A stretch of 64,000 nt of DNA from Gammaproteobacteria bacterium (GCA_026707445.1 JAPOWV010000008.1:15855-79854); one strand, 5' to 3'. Numbered from the stretch's first letter, positions 44,107 to 54,359 are shown. Numbers and translations are program-made. Notes: generated by a model not told the origin, from the letters alone.

Positions 44107-44952
44107 ATGAAACGGAGAACATTTGTCAAGGGGACGCTCGCGATGACCGCGCTGAGCACTGCGCCATGGCGCCTGCGCGCCGCCGAAAACGGGGAAAAAC
44201 CGGTGATCGCCCTGTTCGGCGCCACGGCCCGGTCCGGGCGGGAAATCATTCGCCAGGGTCTTCAACAAGGCTACACGATCAAGGGTTTCGCCCGCACGCC
44301 CTCCAAGCTCGGCGTGGAGCACGAGAACCTGACGCTGTTCAAGGGCGACATCTACGAGCGCGACACCATCGACCCCGTGCTGGAAGGCCATGAAGTGGTG
44401 GTATCGATGATCGGCGTGCCCGCACCCGAGGACCCCGCCGCCGAGATCGGCCCGGTCGACATCTACACGGTAATGGGCGAGCACCTGATCGACGCCATGA
44501 AGCAGAAAGGCAACACCCGGCTCATCATGGCCAGCTCCACCGGAGTGGAGCACCGGGTGGACGTGGACTCTCCCAGACCGCCACCGGGGGACTTGAGCGA
44601 GAGGTGGCGGTGGCTCGCCCGCTATCTCTACGACGACATGTGGAAGATGGAGGAAATGATCGCGAACAGCGGCCTGGACTACATGCTGTTGCGGCCCGGC
44701 TTCATGGTGGAGGAGCCCGCGCGCCACGACATGAAGTTCAACACCACCGGCGATACGCCGGGCGCGCGCGTGATCACCTACGAGGACTTTGCCGCTTTCA
44801 TCCTGGACAACCTGGATGGCGGGGATTACTGGAACATGGCCCTGGGCATGTATTCGGACACCATCATGGATCCGGCGGCGGAGATCGAAAAATATCTTGC
44901 CGAGCAGAAGGCCAGGCAAGAAGCGGAACAACAGGAGGGAGAACAGGAATGA
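44107..44952 (+). CDS. NAD(P)H-binding (NmrA/atypical SDR-like) protein with twin-arginine signal
   Basis: MKRRTFVKGTLAMTALSTAPWRLRAA is a Tat-type signal, followed immediately by Rossmann motif IALFGATARSGREI. AGGGGGA SD is present. Confidence 0.7.
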   Translation: MKRRTFVKGTLAMTALSTAPWRLRAAENGEKPVIALFGATARSGREIIRQGLQQGYTIKGFARTPSKLGVEHENLTLFKGDIYERDTIDPVLEGHEVVVSMIGVPAPEDPAAEIGPVDIYTVMGEHLIDAMKQKGNTRLIMASSTGVEHRVDVDSPRPPPGDLSERWRWLARYLYDDMWKMEEMIANSGLDYMLLRPGFMVEEPARHDMKFNTTGDTPGARVITYEDFAAFILDNLDGGDYWNMALGMYSDTIMDPAAEIEKYLAEQKARQEAEQQEGEQE

Positions 44953-45440
44953 CAAGGATTCCGAACAAGGCAAGCGCACTGCTGTGTGCGTTTTTTCTGG
45001 CCGCCTGCGCGAGCGACGGGGCCGGCACGGACGAAGAAGGTTACGAAAAGCTCTACGGCCAGTTCTACGAGCACGACAACCCCTACGCCGAAGTGATTGC
45101 CCGCTCGGAGGAACACTTCGAGAACATGAACGTCGAGGGCGCCATCCTCAGCCTGGACGACGATTTCACGATGTACGAGATCAACGACGAGGGCGCCGAG
45201 GAGATGGTGCGCGGCATCGAGCAGGTGCGCGCGGCGTTAGGCGGCGTGTTCGGTTCCGGCACCTGGCTCGGCGCCAATGTCTACAAGTGGGGGCTCACCG
45301 ACAATACCCTGGTGCAGATCGAGGAGGACTTCTACACCACCGAGGACGGCGGCACCCGGTCCGTCAAGTCCCTGGTGGTGGTGGAGTACCGCGACGGCAG
45401 GCGCTGGCGCGAATGGCGCTTCAAGCCCCAGGACCGGTAA
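44949..45440 (+). CDS. Lipoprotein, possibly NTF2-like fold (copy 1 of a tandem pair)
   Basis: 163 aa with lipobox FLAAC. ATG 44949 overlaps the upstream stop (ATGA). About 80% aa identity to the next gene by manual alignment. Confidence 0.65.
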   Translation: MTRIPNKASALLCAFFLAACASDGAGTDEEGYEKLYGQFYEHDNPYAEVIARSEEHFENMNVEGAILSLDDDFTMYEINDEGAEEMVRGIEQVRAALGGVFGSGTWLGANVYKWGLTDNTLVQIEEDFYTTEDGGTRSVKSLVVVEYRDGRRWREWRFKPQDR

Positions 45441-45444
45441 TCCG

Positions 45445-45936
45445 TTGAGAACGACTAACGGATTGGTGGCTGGCATTGTGGGCGCTGCCGTGTTGGCGGC
45501 GTTCGTGGGCGATAGGCCGGGCAGCGCGGAAGAGACATACGAAAGGCTCTACGGCCGGTTTTACGAACACGACAATCCCTACGCCGAAGTGATCGCCCGC
45601 TCGGAGGCAAACTTCGACAGCGCTGATGTCGAGAGCTCCATCCCGAACCTGGACGACGATTTCACGTTGTACGAGATCAACGATCAGGGCGCCGAGGAAG
45701 TCGTGCGCGGCGTCGAGCAGGTGCGGGCGGCGTTCAGCGGGCTATTGGGCTCGGGCACCCGGGTTGGGGCCAATGTCTACAAGTGGGGGTTGACCGACAA
45801 CACCCTGGTGCAGATCGAGGAGGACTTCTACCGCACGGAAGACGGCGGCACGCGAGCCGTCAAGTCCCTGGTGGTGGTGGAGCACCGCGACGGCAAGCGC
45901 TGGCGCGAATGGCGCTTCAAGCCACAGGATCGTTGA
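45445..45936 (+). CDS. Secreted protein, copy 2 of the tandem pair
   Basis: No in-frame ATG after the preceding stop. TTG 45445 gives a 163-aa product with a hydrophobic N-terminus ([16 protein letters not shown]). Collinear with copy 1 without indels. Confidence 0.6.
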   Translation: MRTTNGLVAGIVGAAVLAAFVGDRPGSAEETYERLYGRFYEHDNPYAEVIARSEANFDSADVESSIPNLDDDFTLYEINDQGAEEVVRGVEQVRAAFSGLLGSGTRVGANVYKWGLTDNTLVQIEEDFYRTEDGGTRAVKSLVVVEHRDGKRWREWRFKPQDR

Positions 45937-46501
45937 TCGCGAAGCGGAGGAAGTTGCCCAGAAGGGCGTGGCCGTGCTCGGAGGCGATGCTTTCCGGGTG
46001 AAACTGCACGCCGAAGATGGGCCATTCACGGTGCCTGAGGCCCATGATGACGTCTCGATCGGTTTCCGCATTCACTTCGAGGGTGTCGGGTAGCGAATCA
46101 CGCTCGACGATCAGCGAGTGGTAGCGGGTGGCCTCAAACTCCTGCGGCAGGCCATCGAAGAGGCCGTCGCCTTCGTGGCGAATGGCGCTGAGCTTGCCGT
46201 GCATGAGCTTCGGCGCGCGCACGATCCGACCGCCGAAGGCCTGCCCTATGGCCTGGTGACCCAGGCAAACGCCGAGCAAGGGAACGGTTCCGGCAGCTTT
46301 CTCCACCAGGTCCAGGCAGATGCCGGCACTTTCCGGATAACCGGGCCCAGGTGACAGCACGATGCCGTCCGGGCGCAATGCGAGAACCTCTTCGACGGAA
46401 ATAGCGTCATTGCGAAAAACCCGGCAGTCGCCGCCCAGCTCGCCCAGGTAATGGACCAGGTTGTAAGTGAAGCTGTCGTAGTTGTCGATGACGATCAGCA
46501 T
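45917..46501 (-). CDS. trpG: Anthranilate synthase component II (glutamine amidotransferase)
   Basis: [16 protein letters not shown].., catalytic GVCLGHQ and HPES. Directly downstream of trpE. Confidence 0.93.
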   Translation of the reverse strand: MLIVIDNYDSFTYNLVHYLGELGGDCRVFRNDAISVEEVLALRPDGIVLSPGPGYPESAGICLDLVEKAAGTVPLLGVCLGHQAIGQAFGGRIVRAPKLMHGKLSAIRHEGDGLFDGLPQEFEATRYHSLIVERDSLPDTLEVNAETDRDVIMGLRHREWPIFGVQFHPESIASEHGHALLGNFLRFAINDPVA

Positions 46502-46502
46502 T

Positions 46503-48014
46503 TCAGGAATCCAGTGCGGCGAAACGCACCGCCTCCTCGGCGGCACGGATCAGGGCGTGGGCCTTGTTGCGGCTTTCCTCGTATTCGGCGGCGGGGTCGC
46601 TGTCGGCCACGATGCCGCTTCCCGCCTGCACGTACATGGTTCCGTCCTTGACGATCGCGGTGCGCAATGCGATGCAGGTGTCCATGCTGCCGTTGGCGGA
46701 AAAATAGCCGATCGCACCCGCGTAAACGCCCCGCTTCTCCGGTTCGAGCTCGTCGATAATCTGCATGGCGCGGACCTTGGGCGCACCGCTTACGGTGCCG
46801 GCCGGGAAAGCCCCGCACAACGCGTCCATCGCGCCGTAGCGATCGTCGATTTCGCCTTGCACGTTGGAGACGATGTGCATCACATGGGAGTAGTGCTCGA
46901 TGACCATTTGCTCGGTCACCTTGACGGAGCCGATCCTGGCCACCCGTCCCACGTCGTTGCGCCCGAGATCGAGCAGCATGAGGTGCTCGGCGCGCTCCTT
47001 GGGGTCGGCCAGGAGTTCGCGCGCCAGCGCCGCGTCTTCGGTGCGATTCGCGCCGCGCCTGCGGGTACCCGCGATAGGCCTCACCGTAACCGTGTCGTCC
47101 CGTAAACGCACCAGGATCTCCGGGCTCGATCCCACGATCGCAAACCCGTCGTCGAAGTTGAGGAAATACATGAACGGCGAAGGATTGGTCCGGCGCAGCG
47201 CGCGGTAAAGGGCGAACGGCGGCAGTTCGAACGGCAGGCTGAACCGCTGCGAAAGCACGACCTGGAAGATGTCGCCGGCGGCTATGTATTCCTTGGCCTT
47301 GTTTACCATCCCGCAAAAGGCCTCACGGCTCAGGTTGGACGAGGGTTCCGACGGCCCCGGCCTGGCCCCTTGCCGGCCCTGCGCGTGGTACTGCCCCTGC
47401 TCAACGCCCGCTACCGCAACCGACAGCGTGTTCACGGCGCTTTCATAGGCGGCACGCGCCGCGATCCCCTCGGCGGGACGCACCGGCGTCACGAGCGTGA
47501 CCAGGTCCTTGACGGAGTCGAAGATCGCCATCACCGTCGGGCGGACGAACACGCCGTCGGGAAGTCCCAGCACGTCCGGATTGGGTCGAGGCAGTCGCTC
47601 CATCAGCCGAACGGTGTCGTACGACATGTAACCCACCAGGCCGGCGGCCATCGGCGGCAGCGATTCGGGCAGTTCGATGCGCGAGTCGTCGATCAGCCGG
47701 CGCAATTCGCTAAGCGCATCGCCGCTGCAGGGCTCAAAGGCGTCGGCGCGCGTCAGCGCGCTGCGGTTGACCTCGGCCCGGTTCCCGCGGCAGCGCCAGA
47801 TGAGGTCGGGCTTCATCCCGATGATCGAGTAGCGCCCGCGCACCTCGCCGCCCTCCACCGACTCCAGCAGGAAGCTGTTCGGCGATTCCCCGGCCAGTTT
47901 CAGCAATACCGAAACCGGCGTGTCGAGATCGGCCACCAGCGTCGTCCACACGACCTGGCTGTCGCCGGCCTCGTAGCGCTCAGCGAATTCGTCAGGGTTC
48001 GGAAAGAGTTTCAT
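46503..48014 (-). CDS. trpE: Anthranilate synthase component I
   Basis: LLESVEGGE.., [15 protein letters not shown] and the chorismate-binding domain pattern. Confidence 0.96.
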   Translation of the reverse strand: MKLFPNPDEFAERYEAGDSQVVWTTLVADLDTPVSVLLKLAGESPNSFLLESVEGGEVRGRYSIIGMKPDLIWRCRGNRAEVNRSALTRADAFEPCSGDALSELRRLIDDSRIELPESLPPMAAGLVGYMSYDTVRLMERLPRPNPDVLGLPDGVFVRPTVMAIFDSVKDLVTLVTPVRPAEGIAARAAYESAVNTLSVAVAGVEQGQYHAQGRQGARPGPSEPSSNLSREAFCGMVNKAKEYIAAGDIFQVVLSQRFSLPFELPPFALYRALRRTNPSPFMYFLNFDDGFAIVGSSPEILVRLRDDTVTVRPIAGTRRRGANRTEDAALARELLADPKERAEHLMLLDLGRNDVGRVARIGSVKVTEQMVIEHYSHVMHIVSNVQGEIDDRYGAMDALCGAFPAGTVSGAPKVRAMQIIDELEPEKRGVYAGAIGYFSANGSMDTCIALRTAIVKDGTMYVQAGSGIVADSDPAAEYEESRNKAHALIRAAEEAVRFAALDS

Positions 48015-48044
48015 CGCGAAAAAGCCTGGCGGTCCCGGTTCGTA

Positions 48045-48061
48045 GAGGGCGGGACGCCCTC
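48045..48061. repeat. REP-like GC-rich palindrome GAGGGCG-GGA-CGCCCTC
   Basis: 7-bp perfect stem in the 57-nt sdhA-trpE spacer. It is the exact reverse complement of 50714..50730. Confidence 0.6.
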
Positions 48062-48071
48062 GCCCCCGGAT

Positions 48072-49847
48072 TCAGTAGACGCGCTGCTTGAGCGGGACGG
48101 TTTCCACCTCGTCGGTCATGGTCTCAAGCTGCACCGGGCGATAGTCCAGGCGCGCACGGCCTTTCTCGTCGACCCACGACAGGGTGTGCTTGAGCCAATT
48201 GTCGTCGTCGCGCTCCGGGAAGTCCTCGCGGGCGTGCGCGCCGCGGCTCTCCTCGCGGGCGGCGGCTGACGCGAGAGTCGCCATCGCCTGGCCCAGCAGG
48301 TTCTCAAGCTCCAGCGTCTCGATAAGGTCGGTGTTCCAGATCAGCGAGCGGTCGGCGATCTTGACGTCGGAAAAGCTGTTCAGCGTATCGCGGAGCCCGG
48401 CCACGCCTTCTTCCAGCACCTCGCCGGTGCGGAAAACGGCCGCGTGGTCCTGCATCAGGCGCTGCATCTCCACGCGGATTTCCGCCGTTGGGCGCGAACC
48501 GTCGGCGTGGCGGATGCGGTCCACGTGGGCGATCGACTCGTCGCCCGCGCCGGCAGGCAACGGCGGCGGCGGACCCTCGCCGCGCAGGGTCTCGGCGCAG
48601 CGGCGCGCGGCGGCGCGGCCGAACACCACCAGGTCGAGCAGCGAATTGGAGCCCAGACGGTTGGCGCCGTGCACCGATACGCAGGCGGCCTCGCCCACCG
48701 CCAGCAGTCCCGGCGCGATGTTGTCCCTGTCCCGCAGGGCCTCGCCGTGATAGTTGGTGGGTATGCCGCCCATGTTGTAGTGCACCGTCGGCACGACCGG
48801 CATGGGCTCTTTGGTCACGTCCACGTCGGCGAACACCCTGGCGGTTTCGGCGATGCCCGGCAGCCGCTCTGCGATCACCTCCGGATCGAGGTGCATGATG
48901 TTGAGATGCACGTGGTCCTTGCGCGGCCCCAGTCCCCTGCCCTCGCGCAATTCGATCGTGATGGCGCGGCTGACCACGTCGCGTGAGGCGAGGTCCTTCG
49001 CGGACGGCGCGTAGCGCTCCATGAAACGCTCGTCCTCGGAGTTGGTCAGGTAACCGCCCTCGCCGCGCACTCCCTCGGAGATCAGGCAACCGGCGCCCAG
49101 GATTCCGGTGGGATGGAACTGCACGAACTCCATGTCCATCAACGGAAGTCCGGCGCGCAGCACCATCCCGTTGCCGTCCCCGGTGCAGGTGTGCGCGGAA
49201 GTGCAGGAGTAGTACGCCCGGCCGTAACCGCCGGTGGCAAGGATCACGCGGTGGGCGTTGAAGCGGTGCAGATGGCCGGTCTCCAGGTCGATCGCCACGA
49301 CGCCCCGGCACACTCCATCGACCATGATGAGGTCGACGGCGAAATACTCGATGAAGAACTGCGCTTCGTGCCGCAGCGATTGCTGATAGAGCGTGTGCAG
49401 CATCGCGTGGCCGGTGCGATCAGCGGCCGCGCAGGTGCGTACCGCCTGGCCCTCGCCGTAATGCGTGGTCATGCCGCCGAACGCGCGCTGATAGATGCGC
49501 CCATCCTCGGTGCGCGAAAACGGCAGACCATAGTGCTCCAGTTCGATGACCGCGCGCGCCGCTTCCTTGCACATGTACTCGATGGCGTCCTGATCGCCCA
49601 GCCAGTCCGACCCCTTGACGGTGTCGTACATGTGCCAGCGCCAGTCGTCCTCGCCCATGTTGCCCAGCGCCGCGCTGATGCCGCCCTGGGCCGCCACGGT
49701 ATGGCTGCGGGTGGGAAAGACCTTGGTGATGCAGGCCGTGTCCAGCCCGGCTTCGGCCAGTCCGAAGGTGGCGCGCAAACCGGCGCCGCCGGCGCCGACA
49801 ACGACCACGTCGAAAGTGTGATCGACTACGGTGTAATCGCCCGGCAT
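48072..49847 (-). CDS. sdhA: Succinate dehydrogenase flavoprotein subunit
   Basis: [16 protein letters not shown] motif and [10 protein letters not shown] (covalent-FAD His). Start ATG 49847. The ORF-track extension to 50540 is spurious. Confidence 0.97.
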   Translation of the reverse strand: MPGDYTVVDHTFDVVVVGAGGAGLRATFGLAEAGLDTACITKVFPTRSHTVAAQGGISAALGNMGEDDWRWHMYDTVKGSDWLGDQDAIEYMCKEAARAVIELEHYGLPFSRTEDGRIYQRAFGGMTTHYGEGQAVRTCAAADRTGHAMLHTLYQQSLRHEAQFFIEYFAVDLIMVDGVCRGVVAIDLETGHLHRFNAHRVILATGGYGRAYYSCTSAHTCTGDGNGMVLRAGLPLMDMEFVQFHPTGILGAGCLISEGVRGEGGYLTNSEDERFMERYAPSAKDLASRDVVSRAITIELREGRGLGPRKDHVHLNIMHLDPEVIAERLPGIAETARVFADVDVTKEPMPVVPTVHYNMGGIPTNYHGEALRDRDNIAPGLLAVGEAACVSVHGANRLGSNSLLDLVVFGRAAARRCAETLRGEGPPPPLPAGAGDESIAHVDRIRHADGSRPTAEIRVEMQRLMQDHAAVFRTGEVLEEGVAGLRDTLNSFSDVKIADRSLIWNTDLIETLELENLLGQAMATLASAAAREESRGAHAREDFPERDDDNWLKHTLSWVDEKGRARLDYRPVQLETMTDEVETVPLKQRVY

Positions 49848-49864
49848 TCCTGCGCCCTCGCCGT

Positions 49865-50242
49865 TCAGACCTGGGTAACGATGCGGGCGATCGCCAGCAG
49901 GCCGGCCAGCGCCAGGACGACATGCGCCAGCCTGGAAACGATCAGTCCGGCCACCCGCAATCCGCCACCCACATAATCCTCGAGCACCACGCGGACGCCC
50001 AGTTCGGAGTGATACAGAAGCGTCAGGACGAAGGCGGTCAGCAGGGTGGCGTCGCCCAGTCCCTGAAAGCAGTTCAGGAGGTCTTCGTACAACAGCGTCG
50101 GCAGCGACGCCAGCCGCCACAGGAACCACGGCGCCAGCGGAACAAGCGCCACGGCGCTGATCCTTTGCGCCCACCAGTGTCCGGTGCCGTGACCGGCCGA
50201 GCCGAGTCCTTCGGCGTGGCCCAGGGGAGTGCGCAAGCTCAC
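49865..50242 (-). CDS. sdhD: Succinate dehydrogenase membrane anchor subunit
   Basis: 125 aa from GTG 50242, which overlaps the sdhC stop (GTGA). Three TM segments and the HWWAQRISA pattern. Confidence 0.85.
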   Translation of the reverse strand: MSLRTPLGHAEGLGSAGHGTGHWWAQRISAVALVPLAPWFLWRLASLPTLLYEDLLNCFQGLGDATLLTAFVLTLLYHSELGVRVVLEDYVGGGLRVAGLIVSRLAHVVLALAGLLAIARIVTQV

Positions 50243-50637
50243 AGTATCCGCCCCGCGAAGGGTCCCCACCACCAGTACGCTCCGGTAGCGGCCAGCGAAG
50301 CCAGGAACACGAACCAGCCGGAAAGCTGCGCGTGTTTCGGCTCGAATCCCCGACCGATGTCCCAGACCAGGTGCCGCACACCGTTGGCGAAGTGATAGAA
50401 GAGGCAGTACGTCCAGCCCAACGCCGCCAGCCGCACGATGGGCAGGCGGAAAAGGCCTTCCAGATTGCCGCCCCAATGCGGTCCCGACGCGAGCGCCAGA
50501 AGGCATCCGACCAACGCCACCGAGCCGATGGAAAGCACAACGCCGGTGAAGCGGTGCAGAATAGAAAGAGCCATGGTGTACTGCCAGCGATATACCGACA
50601 GGTGCGGCGAAAGCGGCCGATTGGCGGCGGAAGGCAT
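50239..50637 (-). CDS. sdhC: Succinate dehydrogenase cytochrome b556 subunit
   Basis: [26 protein letters not shown] signature. Confidence 0.9.
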   Translation of the reverse strand: MPSAANRPLSPHLSVYRWQYTMALSILHRFTGVVLSIGSVALVGCLLALASGPHWGGNLEGLFRLPIVRLAALGWTYCLFYHFANGVRHLVWDIGRGFEPKHAQLSGWFVFLASLAATGAYWWWGPFAGRIL

Positions 50638-50713
50638 CTACGAATTCAAACGGAGTATGGTCTTGAGGGTGTGCAATTGTAGCCCGCATCACGCCGCGCG
50701 AAACCCCGGGAGA

Positions 50714-50752
50714 GAGGGCGTCCCGCCCTCCGCGAAGGCGAGACGCCTTCGC
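50714..50752. repeat. Two adjacent REP-like palindromes (GAGGGCG-TCC-CGCCCTC and GCGAAGGCG-AGA-CGCCTTCGC)
   Basis: 50714..50730 has a 7-bp stem and 50732..50752 a 9-bp stem. Both lie in the sdhC-ygfZ divergent spacer. Confidence 0.6.
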
Positions 50753-50772
50753 TTCCGGGAACGGGAACCACG

Positions 50773-51612
50773 GTGAATCCCGACGCCGGAACTCAACCGG
50801 GAGCCGGGCTTCTGAGTCTCGACGACTTCGCCGCGTTGCGGGTCAGCGGCGAGGACCGGGTGGATTTCCTGCAGGGGCAGCTCAGCCAGGACATGGGCAA
50901 GGTCACTCCGACGCAGGCCGCGCCGGCAGCCTGGTGCAACCGCCAGGGACGAGTGCTGTGCCTGATGGTGGCCGTCGACTGGCAGGATGCGATCTTCCTG
51001 ATACTGCCCGCCGGTATGGCCGAAACCTGCGCTGACGGCCTCAAGCGCTATATCCTGCGCGCGAAAGTGCGGATCGAACGCTGGGATCGATCTCCCGGGG
51101 GCGAGGGGGTATTCGGGTGCATGGGGATCGAGGAACCGGGAGCGGAGACTTGGGCCTGCACGTCGGACGAAGCGTATTGCGCCGTGCGGTTGCCGGGAAC
51201 CTGTGAGAGGACATTGTTCCTGGGTGAACCGCCGGCGCATCTTGAAGACGCTTCGGGTTCCGGCTGGACGCCTGAGGACTGGCGACTGGCCGATATCGAG
51301 GCAGAACTGCCGTGGATCGGCGAGAAAACCAGCGGCAAGTTCCTGGCCCATTCGCTGAACCTCGATCTTTCCGGCGCGGTCAGTTTCACCAAGGGCTGTT
51401 ACGTCGGGCAGGAGATCATCGCGCGCATGGAGCACAGGGGCAGGCCCAAGCGCAGGATGCAGCGGGTGCATCTTCCGGCGGACTCGGCCGTGGAGGCCGG
51501 GGCGCGAGTGGACCATCCGGAGCACGGAGCTGCAACCATAATCACCTGGTCCGCTGCGCCGGAGCGCGTCGAGGCGCTGGCCGAAGTCCGGCTTGCGCAG
51601 GACGGCACATAA
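50773..51612 (+). CDS. ygfZ: Folate-binding Fe-S cluster repair/tRNA-modification protein YgfZ
   Basis: KGCYVGQEIIARMEHRG signature and a GcvT-like fold pattern. GTG start. Confidence 0.85.
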   Translation: MNPDAGTQPGAGLLSLDDFAALRVSGEDRVDFLQGQLSQDMGKVTPTQAAPAAWCNRQGRVLCLMVAVDWQDAIFLILPAGMAETCADGLKRYILRAKVRIERWDRSPGGEGVFGCMGIEEPGAETWACTSDEAYCAVRLPGTCERTLFLGEPPAHLEDASGSGWTPEDWRLADIEAELPWIGEKTSGKFLAHSLNLDLSGAVSFTKGCYVGQEIIARMEHRGRPKRRMQRVHLPADSAVEAGARVDHPEHGAATIITWSAAPERVEALAEVRLAQDGT

Positions 51613-51626
51613 GCCATGGAGCAGTC

Positions 51627-52928
51627 GTGAAATCCGTCCAGGACCAGATCAACAACACGCCCATGAGCGGCTTCCAGGTGCTGGCGGTCACCGTGTGCCT
51701 TGCGATCAACATGCTGGACGGTTACGACGTTCTGGTCATGTCGTTCGCGGCGCCCTTCGTGGCGGCGGACTGGGCGATCAGCGACACGGTGACGGGCCTG
51801 CTGCTCTCTTCCAGTCTGGTCGGCATGGCGCTGGGCTCACTGTTCCTGGCTCCCCTGGCGGATGTCTTCGGAAGGCGGCAGATGACGCTCTTGTCGCTTG
51901 CCGCCGTCACGGTGGGCATGCTTGCCTCGGCGCTGGCGGCGAACCACACGCAATTGATCGCGCTGCGCTTCTTTACCGGTATCGGGATCGGCGCCATGCT
52001 GGCCAGCCTGACGGTGGTCGTATCCGAGTATTCCTCCAGGCGCCGCCGGACACTCGCGCTGATAATCCTGCAGGCCGGCTTCCCCGCCGGCGCCTTGCTA
52101 TGGGGCCTGGTTGCGGTTCCGATCATCCTCGGATACGGCTGGCGCTGGGCATTCGTATTCGGCGGGGTCCTTTCCGGCCTGATGATTCCGGTGGCCTGGG
52201 CTGCCCTGCCGGAATCGCTTGACTACCTCATTACGAGCCGGCCACCCAACGCGATCGAAAAAGTCAACCGCCTGCTGAAGCGAATGGGCAAGGCGCCGGT
52301 GGAAGAGCTGGGAACCGGCGGGTTAAGGCGGCCGAAGCGGGCGAAGCTGAGCAGCCTGTTCGATCATGGGCGGGCAAGGAACACGCTCCTGATCTGGGTG
52401 TGCTTTTTCTGCACGCTGCTGGTGTTCTATTTCTTCATGTCCTGGACGCCGAAACTGCTGATCGATGCGGGTCTTTCCGAAGAAGTCGGGCTGTCCGGGG
52501 GCATCATCCTCAACGCCGGCGCAATCGTCGGCGGCATCGCTCTGGGGCTGTTGGCCTCCCGGGTCCGGCTCAACTGGCTGCAGGCGGGCTACGCACTGCT
52601 GGGCGGCGGCTTGCTGATCGCTTTCGGACTGTATTACGGCACGCTGTCCGCGGCCCTCGTTCTGGCCTTTCTCGTAGGCGTTTTCGGCACTGGCTGCATT
52701 ATGGGCGCCTACGCCGCCGTCCCGCAGCTCTATCCGACGGAAGTGCGGACTACGGGCACGGGCGTGGCGATCGGGCTGGGCAGATGGGGCGGTGTCGCCG
52801 CGCCGACCGTGGCGGGCGTGCTGCTGGACGCCGGTTGGACAGGCCCCGACCTCTACTTTATATTCGCCATTCCGCTCTTCGTAGCTGCCGCAGCCGCCAT
52901 GTACCTGCGAATCAGAAGGTCCCAATAG
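51627..52928 (+). CDS. MFS transporter, aromatic acid:H+ symporter-like
   Basis: 12-TM pattern, LDGYDVLVMSFAAP.. and GRRQ motifs. GTG 51627 (or ATG 51663). The ORF-track 5' extension from 51312 overlaps ygfZ. Confidence 0.85.
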   Translation: MKSVQDQINNTPMSGFQVLAVTVCLAINMLDGYDVLVMSFAAPFVAADWAISDTVTGLLLSSSLVGMALGSLFLAPLADVFGRRQMTLLSLAAVTVGMLASALAANHTQLIALRFFTGIGIGAMLASLTVVVSEYSSRRRRTLALIILQAGFPAGALLWGLVAVPIILGYGWRWAFVFGGVLSGLMIPVAWAALPESLDYLITSRPPNAIEKVNRLLKRMGKAPVEELGTGGLRRPKRAKLSSLFDHGRARNTLLIWVCFFCTLLVFYFFMSWTPKLLIDAGLSEEVGLSGGIILNAGAIVGGIALGLLASRVRLNWLQAGYALLGGGLLIAFGLYYGTLSAALVLAFLVGVFGTGCIMGAYAAVPQLYPTEVRTTGTGVAIGLGRWGGVAAPTVAGVLLDAGWTGPDLYFIFAIPLFVAAAAAMYLRIRRSQ

Positions 52929-54359
52929 GTGTCAGAAATTCCCGAAAACGGCCTGCAGATGGCGCCCGACGTCATGCTGGATCTCGCGCGCCAGGCCGCG
53001 GAATTGCTTGTGGACAGGATTCACAACCTGCCCGGCGAGGGCGCCTGGGACGGGGAGTTCCGGGAAGGGCTGCTGGCTACTTTGATGGAGGACCCGCCTG
53101 AAGACGGTCGGCCGGGTAACGAGGTGATCGAGCGCGCCGTGCGCGAGATTCTTCCGTACACCTTGAGGCTCGATCACCCGCGCTCGTTCGGATTCATATC
53201 CTCGGCCCCCACCTGGCCCGGCGTGCTGGCCGATTTCATCGCCGCCGGCTACAACGTCAATGCCTGTTCCTGGCTTGTGGCCAGCGGACCCAGCCAGCTT
53301 GAACTGGTGGTGATCGAATGGTTCCGCCGCTGGCTTGGCTATCCCGAGGGTGCGGGAGGCCTGTTTACCAGCGGCGGATCTGCTGCCAGCCTGGATGCCT
53401 TCGTGGCGGCGCGCGAAGCCGCCGGCCATCCGGAACGCGCCACCGTCTACATGAGCAATCAAAGCCACACGGCGTTCTACCGGGCAGCGATCATCGCCGG
53501 CATCCGGCGCGAGTGCGTGCGCGTTGTTCCCAGCGATGATCGGTTCCGCCTCGACATGACGGCGCTTGCAAGCCAGGTGGCCGAGGACCGCGCGGCCGGC
53601 TATGCGCCGGTGGCGGTATGCGCCAATGCCGGCGCCTCCAGCACCGGCGCCATCGACCCGTTGCCGGAAATGGCCGACTATTGCGAAGCCGAGGGCATCT
53701 GGCTGCACGTGGACGCGGCCTACGGCGGTTTCGCGGTGGTCTGCGATGAGGGCAAGGCGTTGCTGCGCGGGATCGAGCGTGCCGACTCGGTGGGGCTGGA
53801 CGCACACAAGTGGCTGTTCCAGCCGTACGAAGCCGGCTGCCTGCTGGTCAAGGACCCCGCGATGCTCGAAAAGGCATTCGGCGTGCGCCACGACGTGCTG
53901 CAGGACACCGTCTGGGGCGCCAATCATCCGAACCTCGCCGATCGTGGGCTTCAGCTCAGCCGCTCGTTCCGGGCCCTGAAAGTATGGATGTCGATCCAGA
54001 CCTTCGGGATGGCGGCGTTCCGGAATGCCGTCGCCAACGGGATGCGGCTTGCGCTCAAGGCGCAGGACTACGTCGAGGCCAGTTCAATACTGGAACTGGT
54101 CAGCCCCGCGTCGCTGGGCGTGGTGTGTTTCCGCGTCAACCCGAAGGATGCGGGCATGAACGAAGAAACGCGGGACAAGATCAACGCGAAAGTGTTGGCG
54201 CGAATGTTCTGGGACGACCGCGCTTTCCTTTCGTCGGCGTCGCCCAGCGGCAAATTCGCGCTTCGCCTGTGCATCATCAACCACAACACCGGGTGGGACG
54301 ACGTCGCCGAAACGCTCAAGGCCGTCGAGCGATTCGGCGCAGACGCGATCGAAAGCTGA
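52929..54359 (+). CDS. PLP-dependent group II (aromatic-L-amino-acid-type) decarboxylase
   Basis: HVDAAYGGFA and the PLP-lysine motif LDAHKWLFQPYEAG. GTG start immediately after the MFS stop. Confidence 0.85.
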   Translation: MSEIPENGLQMAPDVMLDLARQAAELLVDRIHNLPGEGAWDGEFREGLLATLMEDPPEDGRPGNEVIERAVREILPYTLRLDHPRSFGFISSAPTWPGVLADFIAAGYNVNACSWLVASGPSQLELVVIEWFRRWLGYPEGAGGLFTSGGSAASLDAFVAAREAAGHPERATVYMSNQSHTAFYRAAIIAGIRRECVRVVPSDDRFRLDMTALASQVAEDRAAGYAPVAVCANAGASSTGAIDPLPEMADYCEAEGIWLHVDAAYGGFAVVCDEGKALLRGIERADSVGLDAHKWLFQPYEAGCLLVKDPAMLEKAFGVRHDVLQDTVWGANHPNLADRGLQLSRSFRALKVWMSIQTFGMAAFRNAVANGMRLALKAQDYVEASSILELVSPASLGVVCFRVNPKDAGMNEETRDKINAKVLARMFWDDRAFLSSASPSGKFALRLCIINHNTGWDDVAETLKAVERFGADAIES

